Origin: Candidatus Methylomirabilota bacterium
GTDB taxonomy: Bacteria > Methylomirabilota > Methylomirabilia > Rokubacteriales > CSP1-6
NCBI GenBank assembly: GCA_046726415.1
Contig: JBKPAK010000271.1
Span: forward strand, 1 to 18,254
Length of the DNA stretch: 18,254 nucleotides
Reading direction: 5' to 3'
In this document: one piece after another, positions 15,783-18,254 of the stretch
Layout: every line of letters begins with the position of its first letter
Position numbering within the stretch: the stretch's first letter is position 1
The notes under the pieces: generated by a model
What the model saw: the letters and a program-made list of their open reading frames with translations, nothing else
Databases searched by the model: none
Told to the model about the DNA's origin: nothing
Position numbers and translations under genes: made by a program

Positions 15783-16337
15783 GTGAAGGTCTTCCACTGT
15801 GGCAACTGCCGGCACCTCGTGTTCTTCGAGAACACGCGATGCGTGAGATGCGAGCGCATGCTCGCCTATCTCCCTCACCGGGAGTCCATGGCGACGCTCG
15901 TGCCGGAGGGAGACCACGGATGGCGAGCGCTGGCCGTCCCGGTCGAACGCCTTCGGCTGTGCGAGAACTACACCGCGCACGACGTGTGCAATTGGGTGGC
16001 CCCCGCCGACGACTCGAAGCCCCTGTGCATCTCATGCCAACTCACAGGCGTCATTCCGGACCTGTCGCGTGTGGGCGCCAAGCAGGCGTGGTATCGGCTC
16101 GAGGCGGCCAAGCGCCGGCTGGTGTCCTCGCTGCTCACCTTGAAACTCCCGCTGGTCAGTCGCGAGGCCGATGCCGAGCGCGGATTGGAGTTCAAGTCCA
16201 GGAGTTCCGAATCCGAAGTAGCCCAAGCGAGACGAGGGCGGTCAGTGCGTGCCGCCGGCCAGGCAACAAGGCGCTCCGATTCCGCCGGGCTTCAGGCGAT
16301 GGCGGGCCAGCGGCTTTGGTCGGTCATGACCGGTTGA
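15783..16337 (+). pseudogene. Truncated putative zinc-binding metallopeptidase (DUF2248-type zinc-ribbon N-terminus)
   Basis: MKVFHCGNCRHLVFFENTRCVRC, LCENY...VCNW, CISCQL..VIPDLS, WYRLEAAKRRL and GLEF match the family N-terminal half. Similarity ends near 16195 and no HExxH domain follows. An in-frame TTG at 15762 with AGGAG is an alternative start. Confidence 0.75.
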
Positions 16338-17749
16338 TGGCGATGTTGCGACGGCGGGATTCCCAGCTCGACTCGGTATTTCGCCACCGTCCGTCGCGCG
16401 ATGTGGAGTCCCCGCCCGCGCAGGTGGGAGGCGATCTCGAGGTCGGAGAGTGGCTTGGCCGGATCCTCGGCCGTCACGCAGTCCTGGATCATCGTCTTGA
16501 CCGAGATGGACGACACCTTGCCGCCCCCGTCGGCGGCCAGGCCGTTTTGGAAGAAGAAGCGCAGCTCGTACAGCCCGCGCGGCGTGTCCACGTACTTGTT
16601 GGCGGTCACCCGGCTCACCGTGGACTCGTGCATACCGATGTCCTCGCTCACGTCATGCAAGGCCAGCGGCCGCAGATGGGCGACGCCCTTGTCCAGGAAG
16701 TCCCGCTGGAAGCGAAAGATCGAATCGGCCACTTTGCGCAAGGTGCGTTGGCGCTGCTCCACGCTCTTGATGAGCCAAAGAGCCGATCGCACCTTCTGCT
16801 CCACGTAGTGCCGCGCCTCGTCGCCCGATTGGCGCAGCAAGGACCGATAGAAGGCATTGATGCGGAGGCGAGGCACGCCCTCCTCGTTGAGCGCCACCAC
16901 ATAGTCCGTCCCCACTTTGTGGATGATGACGTCGGGGACGACGTAGCGCGGATCCTGGCTGTCGAAGCGCCGACCGGGCTTGGGCTCCAGCCGGTGAATG
17001 CTCTCAATGGACTGCATGACCTGCTCGGGCGTCACCTTGAGGACGCGCGCGAGATCGCCGTAGCGGCGGCGACCGAGTTCGGGAAAATGATGCTCGACGA
17101 TGGCGATGGCCAGGGCATCGGGCGCGGGGGCGGCCCGCAGCTGGAGCAGCAGGCACTCCTGGACCGACCGCGCAGCCACCCCCGGCGGGTCGAAGCCCTG
17201 CACGAGGGCCAGCACTCTGTGGACATCCGCCGGGCGCGCGGCGCAGCCGCGCGCGATGTCCTCCAGGTCGGCCCGAAGATAACCGTCATCGTCGAGGTTC
17301 CCGATGATGGCGCCGCCGACGCGGCGCACCAGCGAATCGTCCGTGGATAGGCGCAGCTGTTCGTCGAGGTGGTCGCCCAGGGAGTCCACCGTGCGCAGCG
17401 CGCTTTCAAACGGCTGCTCGCGCTCCTCCTCGGCGACCAGCGAGCGGTCGGGGGGACCGTCGTCCCCTACCGCGGTGACGTCGAAGGGCAAATCATGGCT
17501 CGGTGGCTCGCGTGGCCCCGTGGCCTCGAGGCTCACCTCCGACGGAAGGTCCGGGCTCGCAGCCGAGTCACCTCCGTCCGGGGTGTCGCCGGGGTCGGTG
17601 GATTCCTCGAGCAAAGGGTTTTCCAGCAACTCATTCTGGACCACTTGCTGCAGATCTGCGGTCGAGAGCTGAAGGAGCTCGATGGCCTGCTGGAGAGCGG
17701 GGGTCATGATCACCCGCTGACTCTGTCGAAGCGCGAGCTGCTGTTCCAT
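16292..17749 (-). CDS. rpoN: RNA polymerase sigma-54 factor
   Basis: Region I MEQQLALRQSQ..MTPALQQAIELLQLS, IIGNLDDDGYL, DPPGVAARSVQECLLLQL, HTH MHESTVSRVTANKY, ELRFFF, PLSD and RpoN box ARRTVAKYR. Confidence 0.97.
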   Translation of the reverse strand: MEQQLALRQSQRVIMTPALQQAIELLQLSTADLQQVVQNELLENPLLEESTDPGDTPDGGDSAASPDLPSEVSLEATGPREPPSHDLPFDVTAVGDDGPPDRSLVAEEEREQPFESALRTVDSLGDHLDEQLRLSTDDSLVRRVGGAIIGNLDDDGYLRADLEDIARGCAARPADVHRVLALVQGFDPPGVAARSVQECLLLQLRAAPAPDALAIAIVEHHFPELGRRRYGDLARVLKVTPEQVMQSIESIHRLEPKPGRRFDSQDPRYVVPDVIIHKVGTDYVVALNEEGVPRLRINAFYRSLLRQSGDEARHYVEQKVRSALWLIKSVEQRQRTLRKVADSIFRFQRDFLDKGVAHLRPLALHDVSEDIGMHESTVSRVTANKYVDTPRGLYELRFFFQNGLAADGGGKVSSISVKTMIQDCVTAEDPAKPLSDLEIASHLRGRGLHIARRTVAKYRVELGIPPSQHRHQPVMTDQSRWPAIA

Positions 17750-17764
17750 GGGTAACCCTCACCC

Positions 17765-18254
17765 TCATGATGTGCGAAAGGCGATCGGGCCGACGAACGC
17801 CTCGGCCGGAGCGCGCGTGTCGTTGGTGTCGATGGACAACGCCAGGGCGCGGACCGGGTCGGGCTCTTCGCCATAGATCCGGCGGTAGTCCGCGTGCACG
17901 TTGCGGCGCTCGGTCAACCACTGCGCGAGCCCGACCGGGCCAGACCGGACGATCACGAACGTCACCGTGCCCGACTTCCGACTCCGCTCGATGCTGTGGG
18001 CGGGAGCGGTAGTATCCCACGCGTAGGCGATGATGCGCGAGCGGATGACCTCGGGTGAGCGAGGCCATACCACGAGGACGTTGGCTGCCGAGTCTGAGGT
18101 CCCCGACTCACGCACATCCGCCCCCGCGGGTAGCCGAACCGTCTTCCAGCTCCACTCGAGGATCGGCGTGGTCCTCAGATCCACGTCGACGGCCCGTGCG
18201 ATGGTCGACCGATCGCCCTGACTCTTGAGGTGAAGCGCTCGAAGTCCGTCCACG
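17765..18254 (-). CDS. DUF3047-domain protein, 5' end outside window
   Basis: DLRTTPILEWSWK, D.AA.VLV, IAYAWD, IVRSG, WLTERRNV..DYRRIYGE and DTNDT match the DUF3047 pattern. Stops 15 nt before the rpoN ATG. Confidence 0.85.
   Translation of the reverse strand, partial: VDGLRALHLKSQGDRSTIARAVDVDLRTTPILEWSWKTVRLPAGADVRESGTSDSAANVLVVWPRSPEVIRSRIIAYAWDTTAPAHSIERSRKSGTVTFVIVRSGPVGLAQWLTERRNVHADYRRIYGEEPDPVRALALSIDTNDTRAPAEAFVGPIAFRTS

Noticed and set aside
16321-16337. Terminal VMTG of the truncated peptidase resembling the family VMTGH motif, within the palindrome CGGTCATGACCG
   Set aside because: It lies about 40 codons past the loss of similarity, inside the rpoN coding end, and is followed by a stop. 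Probably coincidence.
23-17350. Many long antisense or alternate-frame ORFs (e.g. 23-1546 -, 4969-6231 -, 5160-6647 +, 13076-14230 -, 15713-17350 +)
   Set aside because: They are shadow frames of well-supported genes in high-GC DNA, with no recognisable motifs.

Overview
High-GC bacterial window (gene styles suggest a soil lineage such as Candidatus Rokubacteria/Methylomirabilota; inference only). It holds about 22 densely packed genes and no RNA genes, CRISPR array or mobile element that I can support. Most cargo genes belong to families that elsewhere sit in RpoS/SigB/EcfG general-stress regulons: DUF3309 and lmo0937-like microproteins, DUF2892-SRPBCC plus a Zn alcohol dehydrogenase, Cu/Zn SodC, YqjE/DUF3618/YqjD-ElaB-like genes, an OsmY-like double-BON protein and a LigD polymerase domain. 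UdgX, an M48 peptidase and an MBL hydrolase are also present. A signalling set lies among them: a PAS/PAS/GAF hybrid histidine kinase, an NtrC-type GAFTGA enhancer-binding protein, a sensor-less degenerate kinase-like protein and an rpoN outside its canonical locus. The main observation from the DNA is a correctly oriented sigma54 -24/-12 motif (GG-N10-GC, mostly GGCA-N7-TGC) in front of nearly every transcription unit whose start lies in the window (10 good copies, 1 weak). These include back-to-back divergent pairs, one palindromic two-way site and one upstream of the activator itself. The best reading is a self-contained, sigma54-driven general-stress/dormancy regulon, with a few genes showing decay.
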